From the NCBI GenBank assembly GCA_044866315.1, contig JBIOTX010000042.1, positions 1,299-65,298 on the forward strand: DNA of 64,000 bases, written 5' to 3'. The first letter of the stretch is position 1; each line of letters begins with the position of its first letter. The translations under genes were made by a program, and so were the position numbers. A model generated the notes under the pieces. It saw nothing but the letters and a program-made list of their open reading frames with translations. It had not been told where the DNA came from and did not search any database. The DNA is from Thermoanaerobaculia bacterium (GTDB taxonomy: Bacteria; Acidobacteriota; Thermoanaerobaculia; Gp7-AA8). Positions 20,056 through 28,746 of this stretch are shown piece after piece.

Positions 20056-20137
20056 GTCGTCCCGAGCGGTAGCGAGGGAGCTGGGCGGGCGGGGAACCAC
20101 CCACCCGCCAGTTTCCCTCGCTTATGCTCGGGATGAC
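20056..20137. repeat. REP-like imperfect palindrome in the DUF885 / glycosylase intergenic gap
   Basis: The arms gtcgtcccgagcggtagcgaggga (20056-20079) and tccctcgcttatgctcgggatgac (20114-20137) are complementary at 20 of 24 positions. A GC-rich imperfect inner stem lies between them. A related half-site is at 39984-40007. Confidence 0.75.
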
Positions 20138-20145
20138 GTACCGTC

Positions 20146-20931
20146 ATGCCTGAGCTCCCCGAGGTCGAGACCTACACGCGCTACTTCGCGCGCCACGCGC
20201 TCGGTCAGCGGATCGAGCGCGTGGACGTCCGCGACGAGCGCATCCTCGACGGCGTCCGCAAGGAGACGTTCGTCCGCAAGCTGACCGGCCGGACCTTCAC
20301 GGGGGTGCGCCGCCACGGCAAGCATCTCTTCGCCAACGCGGAGACGACCTGGCTGCATCTCCACTTCGGTATGACCGGCGACCTTGCCGCCTACCGCGAC
20401 GCGGCCAAGGAGCCGCGCTTCGCCAAGATCGTCTTCGCCTTCGAAGGCGGCGCGTATTTGGCCTTCGAGGACATGCGCCTCTTCGGCCTGGCCAACCTCG
20501 TCGACGACCCGGACGCCTTCATCGCCGAGCGCAGGCTCGGCGTCGACCCGCTCGACCGCTCGTTCACCTACGCGCGCTTCGCCTCGCTCCTCGAGCGCCG
20601 CCGCGGTGCGATCAAGTCCCTGCTGATGTCCCAGGACGTCATCGCCGGCCTCGGCAACCTCTACGTCGACGAGACCCTCTACCAGACCGGCATCCACCCC
20701 CGCCGCCCCATCGACCGCCTCACCGACGCCGAAAAACGCGCCGTCCACACCACCATGCGCCGCATCCTGCGCGAGGTCATCGCCCGCCACGGCCGCGAAG
20801 CCGAGCTCCCCGCCCGCTACCTCTACCACCACCGCGAGCTCGGCACGCGCTGCCCGCGCTGCGGCGGCACGATCAAACGAGCGGTCGTCTTCGGGCGGAC
20901 AACGTACTTTTGCGGGAAGCACCAGAGGTAA
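20146..20931 (+). CDS. Fpg/Nei family DNA glycosylase / AP lyase
   Basis: The N-terminus MPELPEVE carries the catalytic Pro2/Glu3. The C-terminus has a zinc-finger-like CPRCGG...YFCGKH. Confidence 0.85.
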   Translation: MPELPEVETYTRYFARHALGQRIERVDVRDERILDGVRKETFVRKLTGRTFTGVRRHGKHLFANAETTWLHLHFGMTGDLAAYRDAAKEPRFAKIVFAFEGGAYLAFEDMRLFGLANLVDDPDAFIAERRLGVDPLDRSFTYARFASLLERRRGAIKSLLMSQDVIAGLGNLYVDETLYQTGIHPRRPIDRLTDAEKRAVHTTMRRILREVIARHGREAELPARYLYHHRELGTRCPRCGGTIKRAVVFGRTTYFCGKHQR

Positions 20932-21116
20932 CGCCGGCGGCCTCGCCGGTCCCGATTGCTGCCCGAACGTCCCGCGCCCATCCGCGAGCCACGCGCGCGA
21001 CTGCGCGGCCCGGCGACGAGACTGCGCAGACCGCGCCGTCCGATGTTTCTACCGACAGCGGTGGTTCCCGGGTCTGGGCGCCAGATCGGAGGACCATCGC
21101 GCCTGCGCGAGTGGAT

Positions 21117-21223
21117 GAATGAAGAGGTTCGAGGTTCGAGGGAAGAATGAAGAAGCCCACCCGCCCCGTGACTCGGTGGGCGGGTTTCTCAATTCTTCTC
21201 TCTTCCCTCGAACCTCTTCATTC
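21117..21223. repeat. Nested imperfect palindrome (~107 nt) in an AT-richer intergenic patch
   Basis: The perfect 18-bp outer arms are gaatgaagaggttcgagg (21117-21134) and cctcgaacctcttcattc (21206-21223). Imperfect middle arms pair at 21142-21154 and 21186-21198. The central 7-bp GC stem is gcccacc/ggtgggc (21155-21161 and 21175-21181), followed by gggtttctc. Confidence 0.8.
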
Positions 21224-21312
21224 CAGTCACGGCGTTCATCCTTCATCCTTACGCCTTCTTTGGTAACGTTTTTCGCGTTACAATCCCCCCCTCTTCAGGC
21301 AGGGGAACGGGA

Positions 21313-21882
21313 TTGCTTCAGGAACGCTTGGCCGAGCTCGAGCGCCAGATCGCCGAGCTGATACGCGGCAATATGCCGGTCGCGGCGCGTGCGGATGGCG
21401 CGGCCGTGGTCACCGAGGACGGGAGTCCGGCCGGGCGGGCCATGCGCGTCATCCTGAGCGAGATGCGCAAGGAAGTGCCGTACGACAGCTGCTCGGTGCA
21501 GGAGTTGCGCGGCGACCGCCTGGTCATTGTCGGCGGGGTCGGCTTCGCCGACCTGGAAGTGATCCTCGGCGAGTCCTTCGAGGTCGACAACCTGGAGATC
21601 CCCAACGGCGAGGTGATCTACCGCCGCCGGCCGCTCATCGTCGGCGATACCGAGCAGTACCGCGCCTTCCGCCGCGGCCTGCACGTCGGCGCGGGCATCC
21701 GCTCCTGGCTCGGGGTGCCGCTACTGCGCGGCGACCGCCTGGTCGGCATGATCGCCCTCGACAAGGCCGAGGCGGACTTCTACACCGCCGAGCACCAGCA
21801 GACCGCGCTCGCCTTCGCGGCGCTCATCGCCATGGCCATCGACGAGGGGGCAGGGCGCAGGGCGCAGGGCGCAGGCGCGTGA
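21313..21882 (+). CDS. GAF domain-containing protein with an N-terminal coiled-coil
   Basis: The TTG start at 21313 is uncertain; an ATG lies at 21373. The pattern DSCSVQEL...GESFEVD...SWLGVPLLRGDRLVGMIALD is typical of GAF. Confidence 0.7.
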   Translation: MLQERLAELERQIAELIRGNMPVAARADGAAVVTEDGSPAGRAMRVILSEMRKEVPYDSCSVQELRGDRLVIVGGVGFADLEVILGESFEVDNLEIPNGEVIYRRRPLIVGDTEQYRAFRRGLHVGAGIRSWLGVPLLRGDRLVGMIALDKAEADFYTAEHQQTALAFAALIAMAIDEGAGRRAQGAGA

Positions 21883-21919
21883 TGCGGTAGGGATTCTCCG
21901 CTCCCGGTCACTCCTCGGT

Positions 21920-23479
21920 ATGCGAACGAAAATTGTTACATCGTGGGTGCTCGTTCTCTGCCTTGCCGCACTCCCTCTGCATGCCTTTCTCGAAGACCTC
22001 TGCCTCCCGCGCCGGAACAGCGACGGGTCCCTGAGCTACTGCATCAAGCCCTGCCCTCCCGGCAATGACCCGAACACCACCTGCCCCCAGCAGACGGCGG
22101 ACTTTGTCACCATCAAGCCCGGCCGGAGCATGATCCACGCGGACTCCACGTTCTTCATCGCCCAGGCCCTCGGCTACCGCGCCGACGTGGCCTACTGGAT
22201 CGCGGCCTACAACGAGGTCGCCGACTACGCCCAGTACGTGCCCATCGATCAGTGCGGCGTGCAGGCGGCCAATCAGGCCTCCATCAAAGCCCAGACGACC
22301 CAGCAGAAGAAGCCGAACTCCGGCCGTGACTACGTCACCGCCTACTTCAACGGCTTCCAGCGTACGAACCCGAACACGGACGGACCGCTCGACCACTACG
22401 TCGTGTCCTTTTCGCCGAACGGGGAGGGGACGGACGTGCACGGCCCGCAAGGCGTGTCGGGTCTCTACCCGCTGCACTATCCGAAGCCGGGATACCCGGT
22501 GCACATCGACGACGTCTATCAGAAGACACTCGCTAACCTCCGCCAGTGGGCGATGCGCAGGGCCGCCGACCCGGGGCTGCTCTGCACGGTCGGCCTCACG
22601 GCCGGCGAGCAGTGCGTGTCCGGAGTGAGGATCATCGGCTCCGTGCCGCTGCTGCCGAAGGTGCCGCGCACGGCGTTCAACATCGACGTGCCGGCGGGGA
22701 AGAAGGTCCTGAACTACACCAGCGACACGGACATCGACTACTACGAGAAGCTGCAGTCCTACCTCGACGACAAGACCAAGACCACCGGGACGCTCTGGAA
22801 GGACGCGGTCCCGCGGCCGGTACCGGCGCAGATCGCGCGCATCGGCCTGTACCTCCACGTCCTGCAGGACTCGTCCTCGCACGCGACCTACTGCGGCGAC
22901 GACCCGCCTTCGGCGCCGGGCGGCTGCAACCCGGGCACGTACATGTACCGCGAGAGCGACGGCAACATCGGGCTCTCCTTCGGCAACGGCTGCGCGAACA
23001 GCCCGCATCTCGCCGGGCACGCCCAGGAGACGGGCACCGGCACGGGCCCGCTGCCGCTGCGCGACTACGTGGCCCTGAACAATACCGTCGACGAGCTGAT
23101 CGTCTTCGGCAACGAGGTCGCGCGCCATTACCCGGGCTGGATCATCAATCCCGAGCTGCTTCCGCCCGACGTCGTCGGCGGGAAGAACGCGCAGGGGCAG
23201 AGCGCCGCCGACCTGAAGGCGGAGCTCGTGGGGACGATCCAGTCGGGGCAGGCTTACAGCGGAACGGAGGTCTACCGGTCGGGCGTGGTCACCCTGCCGC
23301 TGCAGCAGGCGAGCTTGCTCGACCGCCTGCACGCCATGAACGCGGCCCTGGCCAGGCACTCCGATACCGTCCGCCGCCGCTCCGCCCATCCCGCGGCCTT
23401 CGTCCCCTTCGAGCACATGCCCGGCAACTCCGCCGATCCCAAGGACACGAGCGTCTGTTGGACGTCATTAAATCTGTAA
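21920..23479 (+). CDS. Secreted Cys-rich hypothetical protein, 519 aa
   Basis: Signal peptide MRTKIVTSWVLVLCLAALPLHA. Many Cys residues. GLYLHVLQDSSSH faintly recalls metal-binding His/Asp motifs of the zinc phospholipase C/P1 nuclease fold. High GC3. Confidence 0.6.
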   Translation: MRTKIVTSWVLVLCLAALPLHAFLEDLCLPRRNSDGSLSYCIKPCPPGNDPNTTCPQQTADFVTIKPGRSMIHADSTFFIAQALGYRADVAYWIAAYNEVADYAQYVPIDQCGVQAANQASIKAQTTQQKKPNSGRDYVTAYFNGFQRTNPNTDGPLDHYVVSFSPNGEGTDVHGPQGVSGLYPLHYPKPGYPVHIDDVYQKTLANLRQWAMRRAADPGLLCTVGLTAGEQCVSGVRIIGSVPLLPKVPRTAFNIDVPAGKKVLNYTSDTDIDYYEKLQSYLDDKTKTTGTLWKDAVPRPVPAQIARIGLYLHVLQDSSSHATYCGDDPPSAPGGCNPGTYMYRESDGNIGLSFGNGCANSPHLAGHAQETGTGTGPLPLRDYVALNNTVDELIVFGNEVARHYPGWIINPELLPPDVVGGKNAQGQSAADLKAELVGTIQSGQAYSGTEVYRSGVVTLPLQQASLLDRLHAMNAALARHSDTVRRRSAHPAAFVPFEHMPGNSADPKDTSVCWTSLNL

Positions 23480-23489
23480 TTTCAAGCGC

Positions 23490-24242
23490 TTGCGCGTGGG
23501 ATGGAGGCGTGCTTTCATCCCACGCGTGACCCTGGTCCGAAGCGCGATCGTGTTCGCGATCCTGTTCTCGCTCAAGATCCTGAGCCGGGTCTTCTACCGC
23601 TTCGACTTCGACTTCATCGGCAAGCTCCCGCCCGGCGATCCCTGGCGCGGCATCCGCCTGGTGGTCTTCCTCAACCACACCAGCCTCTTCGAGCCGGTGT
23701 TCATCGGCGTCCCCCCGCCGCGGTTTCTCTGGCGCCTCGCCGCGCACGGCGTGATCCCCGCCGCGGACAAGACCACCGACCGCCCGCTGGTCGGCCTGGT
23801 CTTCAAGTTCGTGGCCCACAAGGTCATCCCCATCACCCGCCAGCGGGACGACACCTGGACCCAGGTGCTGAGCACGATCGAGGAGGACTCGATGGTGGCC
23901 ATCGCCCCCGAGGGACGCATGAAGCGGGCGACCGGACTCGACCTGCACGGCAACCCCATGACCGTCCGCGGCGGCGTCGCCGACATCCTCCAGGCCCTCG
24001 GCCACGGGCGCATGCTCATCGCCTACAGCGGCGGCCTCCATCACGTGCAGATCCCCGGACACATCCCGAACGTCTTCGAGACCGTGCGCCTGCGCGCCGA
24101 GGTCATGCAGATCGAGGACTACGTGAAGGAGATGATGCAGCGCGGCGGTGCCGACCAGTTCAAGCGCAACGTCATCAAGGACCTGGAGTGGCGCCGCGAT
24201 CACTACTGCCCGGAAGAGGAGCGGCCGGCCAAGGTGGCCTGA
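23490..24242 (+). CDS. Lysophospholipid (PlsC-type) acyltransferase family protein
   Basis: NHTSLFE (HX4D/E block) and IAPEGRMKR (PEG block). The start is uncertain: TTG at 23490 or GTG at 23526. Confidence 0.7.
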   Translation: MRVGWRRAFIPRVTLVRSAIVFAILFSLKILSRVFYRFDFDFIGKLPPGDPWRGIRLVVFLNHTSLFEPVFIGVPPPRFLWRLAAHGVIPAADKTTDRPLVGLVFKFVAHKVIPITRQRDDTWTQVLSTIEEDSMVAIAPEGRMKRATGLDLHGNPMTVRGGVADILQALGHGRMLIAYSGGLHHVQIPGHIPNVFETVRLRAEVMQIEDYVKEMMQRGGADQFKRNVIKDLEWRRDHYCPEEERPAKVA

Positions 24243-24979
24243 AACTTCTCGAGCGGCATCGGCTTCGAGAACAGGAACCCCTGCACGTACTCGCAGCCCA
24301 GCTCCAGGAGAAACGAGAGCTGGTCCTGCGTCTCCACTTCCTCGGCCACGACGCGCAGGTTCAGGTCGTGGGCCAGCCCGAGCAACGCGCGCACGATCGC
24401 GGCGCAGGCGCCGTCGCCGGGGAGCTCGCGAATGAACGCGCCCGGCAGCTTGATCCCGTCGAGCGGGAAGTGCTGGAGGTGGGTGAGGGACGAGTGCCCG
24501 GTCCCGAAGTCGTCCAGCCACAGCTCCACGCCCAGCTCGTCGAGGGCGTCGAGCATATGCACCGTCTCTTTCGGACGCTCGATGTAGCTCGTCTCCGTGA
24601 TCTCCAGACTCACCTTCTGCACGTCGATGCGGCAGGAGCCGAGGAGACGGGTGAGCCGCGCCAGGAGGTCCCCCTCCTGGAACTCGCGCGGCGACAGATT
24701 GACGTGCAGCCTCACGCCCGCCGGCCAGCCCGCCGCGTCGGTGAACGCCCTCTTCATGACCATCGAGTCGAGCACGAACAGCTCCGGCCCGTCGCTGTCC
24801 TCGGCTGCCTCCGCGATCAGCGAGGCCTCGCGGATCTCCCCGCTGCGCCGCCGCTGCCGCAATAGCGCCTCCGCGCCGTAGATCGCGCCGGTGCGCGCGT
24901 CGTGAATGGGCTGGTAGAAGAGGAGGAGGTCTGTCTGTTCGATGAAGGCGCGGCCGAGGGCTTCCTGGCCGACGTCCAT
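24203..24979 (-). CDS. EAL domain c-di-GMP phosphodiesterase (stand-alone EAL)
   Basis: Motifs GAEALLR, NLSPRE, EITE, DDFGTGHSS, QGFLF. The start (ATG at 24979 or GTG at 24982) overlaps the stop of the upstream gene. Confidence 0.85.
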   Translation of the reverse strand: MDVGQEALGRAFIEQTDLLLFYQPIHDARTGAIYGAEALLRQRRRSGEIREASLIAEAAEDSDGPELFVLDSMVMKRAFTDAAGWPAGVRLHVNLSPREFQEGDLLARLTRLLGSCRIDVQKVSLEITETSYIERPKETVHMLDALDELGVELWLDDFGTGHSSLTHLQHFPLDGIKLPGAFIRELPGDGACAAIVRALLGLAHDLNLRVVAEEVETQDQLSFLLELGCEYVQGFLFSKPMPLEKFQATLAGRSSSGQ

Positions 24980-25665
24980 CACCAGCGTTTCACCAGCTGC
25001 ATCGTCGCCAGCAGCGCCCCGATGAGCGCGAGCGCGACCAGCGCCTTGTTGCGCTGGAGGACGCCCAGAAGCGACGCCTCGCGGCGGCGCTGCTCGAGCA
25101 TCTTCATCTTCATCGCCTCGCTCTTACGGACGGTCTCGCGCACGGCGCGCTCGAACTCGCGCAGGCTGCGCGGGGACTCCGGCGTCACGGCCATGCCTCG
25201 CTGCGTGTCGATGAGCACCTCGGAGGACGTCGCCGGGACGACCATCCGCTCCGAGCCTTCGGTGACGACGCGGTACGTGCCCTGCTCGAAGAAGGCCACG
25301 GTCGGTCCGGCCTTGGTGTCGCGGACGAAGAGCACCACGTCCTCTCCCTCGGTGAACTTCGGCACGCCGATGGTGTCCTGATGCACGCCGCCGACCGAGC
25401 CGCCGGGCGTGACGATGGTCACCTCCGGCACGGGCAGTCCCTTGAACGCCTTCTCCACGCGGAAGCGGGAGTAGGTGAGGATCCACTTGTGGGCGTCGTC
25501 CCAGCGCGACTCCTGGGTGAGGCAGCGCGCGACCACGATCGCGGAGGCGTTATCGACCTTCTCCTCGAACGGAACCGCGCGGGAGAGCGTCGCCTCCGCC
25601 GCGAGCGGCAGGAGCGCCAAGGCGACTGCGAGGGCGATCGGAAGCCGGGAGTTATTTGCCGTCAT
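24979..25665 (-). CDS. Hypothetical exported protein with a C-terminal TM anchor
   Basis: N-terminal signal (LPIALAVALALLPLAAEA) and C-terminal hydrophobic helix (ALVALALIGALLATMQLV). Translationally coupled to the EAL gene. Confidence 0.6.
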   Translation of the reverse strand: MTANNSRLPIALAVALALLPLAAEATLSRAVPFEEKVDNASAIVVARCLTQESRWDDAHKWILTYSRFRVEKAFKGLPVPEVTIVTPGGSVGGVHQDTIGVPKFTEGEDVVLFVRDTKAGPTVAFFEQGTYRVVTEGSERMVVPATSSEVLIDTQRGMAVTPESPRSLREFERAVRETVRKSEAMKMKMLEQRRREASLLGVLQRNKALVALALIGALLATMQLVKRW

Positions 25666-25718
25666 TTGTCACGTTTCTCTAGCAATCGATGAGCCACGGA
25701 CGCGTACAATCCGGCTCC

Positions 25719-27506
25719 ATGCGCAAGGCTTTGACTGCACTCATCTTCGTCCTCTTCGCGGCGGCCGTGCAAGCGGCCCCGACCGAGGCGCAGAAGCTCC
25801 ATCAGCTCTTCGAGGAGGAGTGGCAGTGGCAGCTCCGGGACCTGCCCGAGGCGGCGACGCTGATCGGCGACCGCCGCTACGACGACCGGCTCGCCGACCG
25901 CTCCGCGGCCGCGTTCGCCCGCCGCCGCGAGCGCAACCGCGAGATCCTGAGCCGGATCGAGGCCATCGACCGGACGAAGCTGAGCGCCGAGGATCAGCTG
26001 AACTACGACCTGTTCCTCGTCCAGGCCCGGGTGAATGCCGAGGGCGATCGCTTCCCGCGCGAGCTCACGCCCATCAATCAGATGGAAGGCGTCTACAGCC
26101 TCCTGGGCGAGCTCGCGCAGTACATCCCGCGCGACACGGCACGTGACCACGAGAACTTCCTGGCCCGGATGCGGGCCTATCCGAAGGCGGTCGACGACAC
26201 GATCGCGCTTCTGCGCAAGGGACTGGAGCTCGGGATCACGCCGCCGCGCATCGTTCTCCGGGATGTCGGAGAACTGATCGCCAATCAGCTTGTGGACGAT
26301 CCGGTGAAGAGTCCCGTCTACACGTTCGCCTTCACCAACTTCCGTCCGTCGATCCCCGCGGCCGAGCAGCAGCGGCTGCAGGCCGAGGCGGCGGAGGCGA
26401 TCCGTACCGCGGTCCTCCCGGCGGTGAAGAAACTGCACGCGTTCTGGACGGAGGAGTACTACCCGAAGACGCGCGAGTCGATCGCCTGGACCGCCGTGCC
26501 GGACGGCAAGGAGTGGTACGCGTACCTGGTCCGCCAGCAGACGACCACGAGCCGCACGCCCGAGGAGATTCACGCGCTCGGGCTGTCCGAGGTGAAGCGC
26601 ATCCGCGGGGAGATGGAGCGGATCAAGGAGCAGACCGGATTCAAGGGCACGCTCGAGGAGTTCTTCACCTTCCTGCGCAGCGATCCGCGCTTCTACTACA
26701 CCACCCGCGAGGACCTGCTCGTCGCCTACCGCGACATCTCCAAGCGCATCGATCCCGAGCTGACGCGCCTCTTCGGCAAGCTCCCGCGCACGCCGTACGG
26801 CGTCATCCCCATCCCGTCGTACTCGGAGAAGACCAACACCACCGCGTACTACAGCGCCGGCTCGCCGGAGTCCAATCGGCCGGGCTACTACTACGTCAAT
26901 CTCTACGATCTCAAGTCGCGGCCGAAGTGGGAGATGGAAGCCCTCTCGCTGCACGAGGCCGTGCCCGGCCATCACCTCCAGATCGCCCTGGCCCAGGAGC
27001 TCGAGGGCGTCCCGAGCTTCCGCCGCTACGGCCAGTTCACCGCCTTCGTCGAGGGCTGGGGCCTCTACGCCGAGTCCCTCGGGCCGGAGCTCGGCATGTA
27101 CAGCGACCCCTACTCGAAGTTCGGCCAGCTCACATACGAGATGTGGCGCGCCGTGCGCCTGGTGGTCGATACCGGCATGCATGCGAAAGGGTGGACCCGC
27201 CAGCAGGCCATCGACTTCTTCGTCGCCAACTCCAGCAAGCCCCTCCACGACATCGAAGTCGAGATCGACCGCTACCTCTCCTGGCCCGCGCAGGCCCTGG
27301 CCTACAAGCTCGGCGAGCTGAAGATCAAGGAGCTGCGCGCCAAAGCGGAGCGCGAGCTCGGCCCCAAGTTCGACGTCCGCTCCTTCCACGACCGCCTCCT
27401 CGGCGCCGGTCCGATTCCCCTGTCGGTCCTGGACGCGCGGATGAACGACTGGATCGCGGCGGGGAAGGCCGGCGGAGCGAAGGCGACGATCACACTGACG
27501 CGGTGA
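25719..27506 (+). CDS. DUF885 domain-containing exported protein (paralogue 2)
   Basis: The ATG at 25719 gives MRKALTALIFVLFAAAVQA. LHEAVPGHHLQ motif. Collinear similarity to the 18290-20053 product. Confidence 0.8.
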   Translation: MRKALTALIFVLFAAAVQAAPTEAQKLHQLFEEEWQWQLRDLPEAATLIGDRRYDDRLADRSAAAFARRRERNREILSRIEAIDRTKLSAEDQLNYDLFLVQARVNAEGDRFPRELTPINQMEGVYSLLGELAQYIPRDTARDHENFLARMRAYPKAVDDTIALLRKGLELGITPPRIVLRDVGELIANQLVDDPVKSPVYTFAFTNFRPSIPAAEQQRLQAEAAEAIRTAVLPAVKKLHAFWTEEYYPKTRESIAWTAVPDGKEWYAYLVRQQTTTSRTPEEIHALGLSEVKRIRGEMERIKEQTGFKGTLEEFFTFLRSDPRFYYTTREDLLVAYRDISKRIDPELTRLFGKLPRTPYGVIPIPSYSEKTNTTAYYSAGSPESNRPGYYYVNLYDLKSRPKWEMEALSLHEAVPGHHLQIALAQELEGVPSFRRYGQFTAFVEGWGLYAESLGPELGMYSDPYSKFGQLTYEMWRAVRLVVDTGMHAKGWTRQQAIDFFVANSSKPLHDIEVEIDRYLSWPAQALAYKLGELKIKELRAKAERELGPKFDVRSFHDRLLGAGPIPLSVLDARMNDWIAAGKAGGAKATITLTR

Positions 27507-27537
27507 GGGTTCGCGCCAGCCGCTACACTGGTGTGCG

Positions 27538-28746
27538 ATGCCGAACGCGATCTTCGCCGCGCCGATCCTGTCGGAGAACGCCGCGCGGGTAATCGGCGCG
27601 GCGACGCGGCTCGAAGGGGTGCGGCTGGGGGTCGTCACGCAGGATCCGATCGAGAAGCTGCCCGAGACCTTGCGCGGCGTCATCGCCCAGCATTGGCGGG
27701 TCGACAATGTGCTCGATCTCGAACAGCTGACGGGAGCCGTAGCCGCGGTGGGGGAGCGGCTCGGCGGAATCGATTGCCTGTTCGCGGCATACGAGCAGCT
27801 TCAGGTTCCCATCGCCCTCGTGCGCGAGCGGTTCGGCATCGAGGGGATGGGCGCGGAGGCGGCGCGCAACTTTCGCGACAAGGCGCGGATGAAGGAGCTG
27901 TTCGATGCCGCAGGACTGCCGTGTGCGCGACACGCGCGCGTGACGAGCGCGGACGAGGCGTGGTCGTTCGTCGAGGCGAACGGCTATCCGGTCGTGGTCA
28001 AGCCGCTCGAAGGGGCGGGCGCGCGGTCGACGTTCCGCGTGGACACGGCCGAGCAGCTCGCCGAGGCGCTGCGTCTCGCGCCGCCGCCGCTCCTCATCGA
28101 GGAGCACATCCTCGGCGAGGAGCATTCGTTCGAAGGAGTGATGGTCGACGGGCGGCTGGTCTGGCACTCGCTGACGCACTACCGCCCGACGCCGTTGGAA
28201 GTGCTGCGGAACGGCTGGATTCAGTGGTGCATCCACCTGCCGCGCGAGACCAGCGACCCGCGCTACGACGACATCCGTGCCGCCGCCGCCCGCGCGCTCG
28301 AGGTCCTGGGGATGAAGACGGGGTTGTGTCACCTGGAATGGTTCCGCCGCGGCGACGGGTCGATTGCCATCTCCGAGGTGGCAGCGCGGCCGCCGGGAGC
28401 GCAGATCATGGATCTCGTGTCCTATGCCCACGACATCGACTTCGATGCTGCCTGGGTCCGCCTCATGATCCTCGGCACGTTCGCGCCGGCGGTGCCGCGA
28501 TGGTCGGCCGGCATCGCCTTTCTCCGCGGGCAGGGCGACGGACGGGTGAAGGCGATTCATCGCGTGGAAGACGCGGCGGCGGCCGTCGGACCGCTCGTCG
28601 TCGCAGCACGGCTGCCGTCGCTCGGGCAGGTGCCGAGTGGCAGTTATGAGGGCGAAGGGTTCATCATCGTCCGCGACCGCGACACCGCCGTCGTCGGCCG
28701 GGCCCTGGAAACGATCATCAGTCTGATTCGCGTGGAGCTGGGATGA
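27538..28746 (+). CDS. ATP-grasp domain protein (ligase), copy 1
   Basis: DKARMKELF, GYPVVVKPLEGAGARSTFRV, IEEHILGEEHSFEG and LEWFRRGDGSIAISEVAARPPGAQI are the ATP-grasp lysine, hinge and Mg-binding blocks. Confidence 0.8.
   Translation: MPNAIFAAPILSENAARVIGAATRLEGVRLGVVTQDPIEKLPETLRGVIAQHWRVDNVLDLEQLTGAVAAVGERLGGIDCLFAAYEQLQVPIALVRERFGIEGMGAEAARNFRDKARMKELFDAAGLPCARHARVTSADEAWSFVEANGYPVVVKPLEGAGARSTFRVDTAEQLAEALRLAPPPLLIEEHILGEEHSFEGVMVDGRLVWHSLTHYRPTPLEVLRNGWIQWCIHLPRETSDPRYDDIRAAAARALEVLGMKTGLCHLEWFRRGDGSIAISEVAARPPGAQIMDLVSYAHDIDFDAAWVRLMILGTFAPAVPRWSAGIAFLRGQGDGRVKAIHRVEDAAAAVGPLVVAARLPSLGQVPSGSYEGEGFIIVRDRDTAVVGRALETIISLIRVELG

Noticed and set aside
20873-21160. Small ORFs (64-95 aa) in the 381-nt gap after the Fpg/Nei gene
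   Set aside because: There are mutually overlapping frames on both strands, with no RBS, Arg/Pro/Ala-rich translations and partial overlap with the palindromic element. No coding signal distinguishes any of them.
21850-21876. Possible CRISPR-like or minisatellite array
   Set aside because: There are only ~4 copies of a 7-nt unit with no spacers, inside a coding sequence. This is simple slippage-type repetition.
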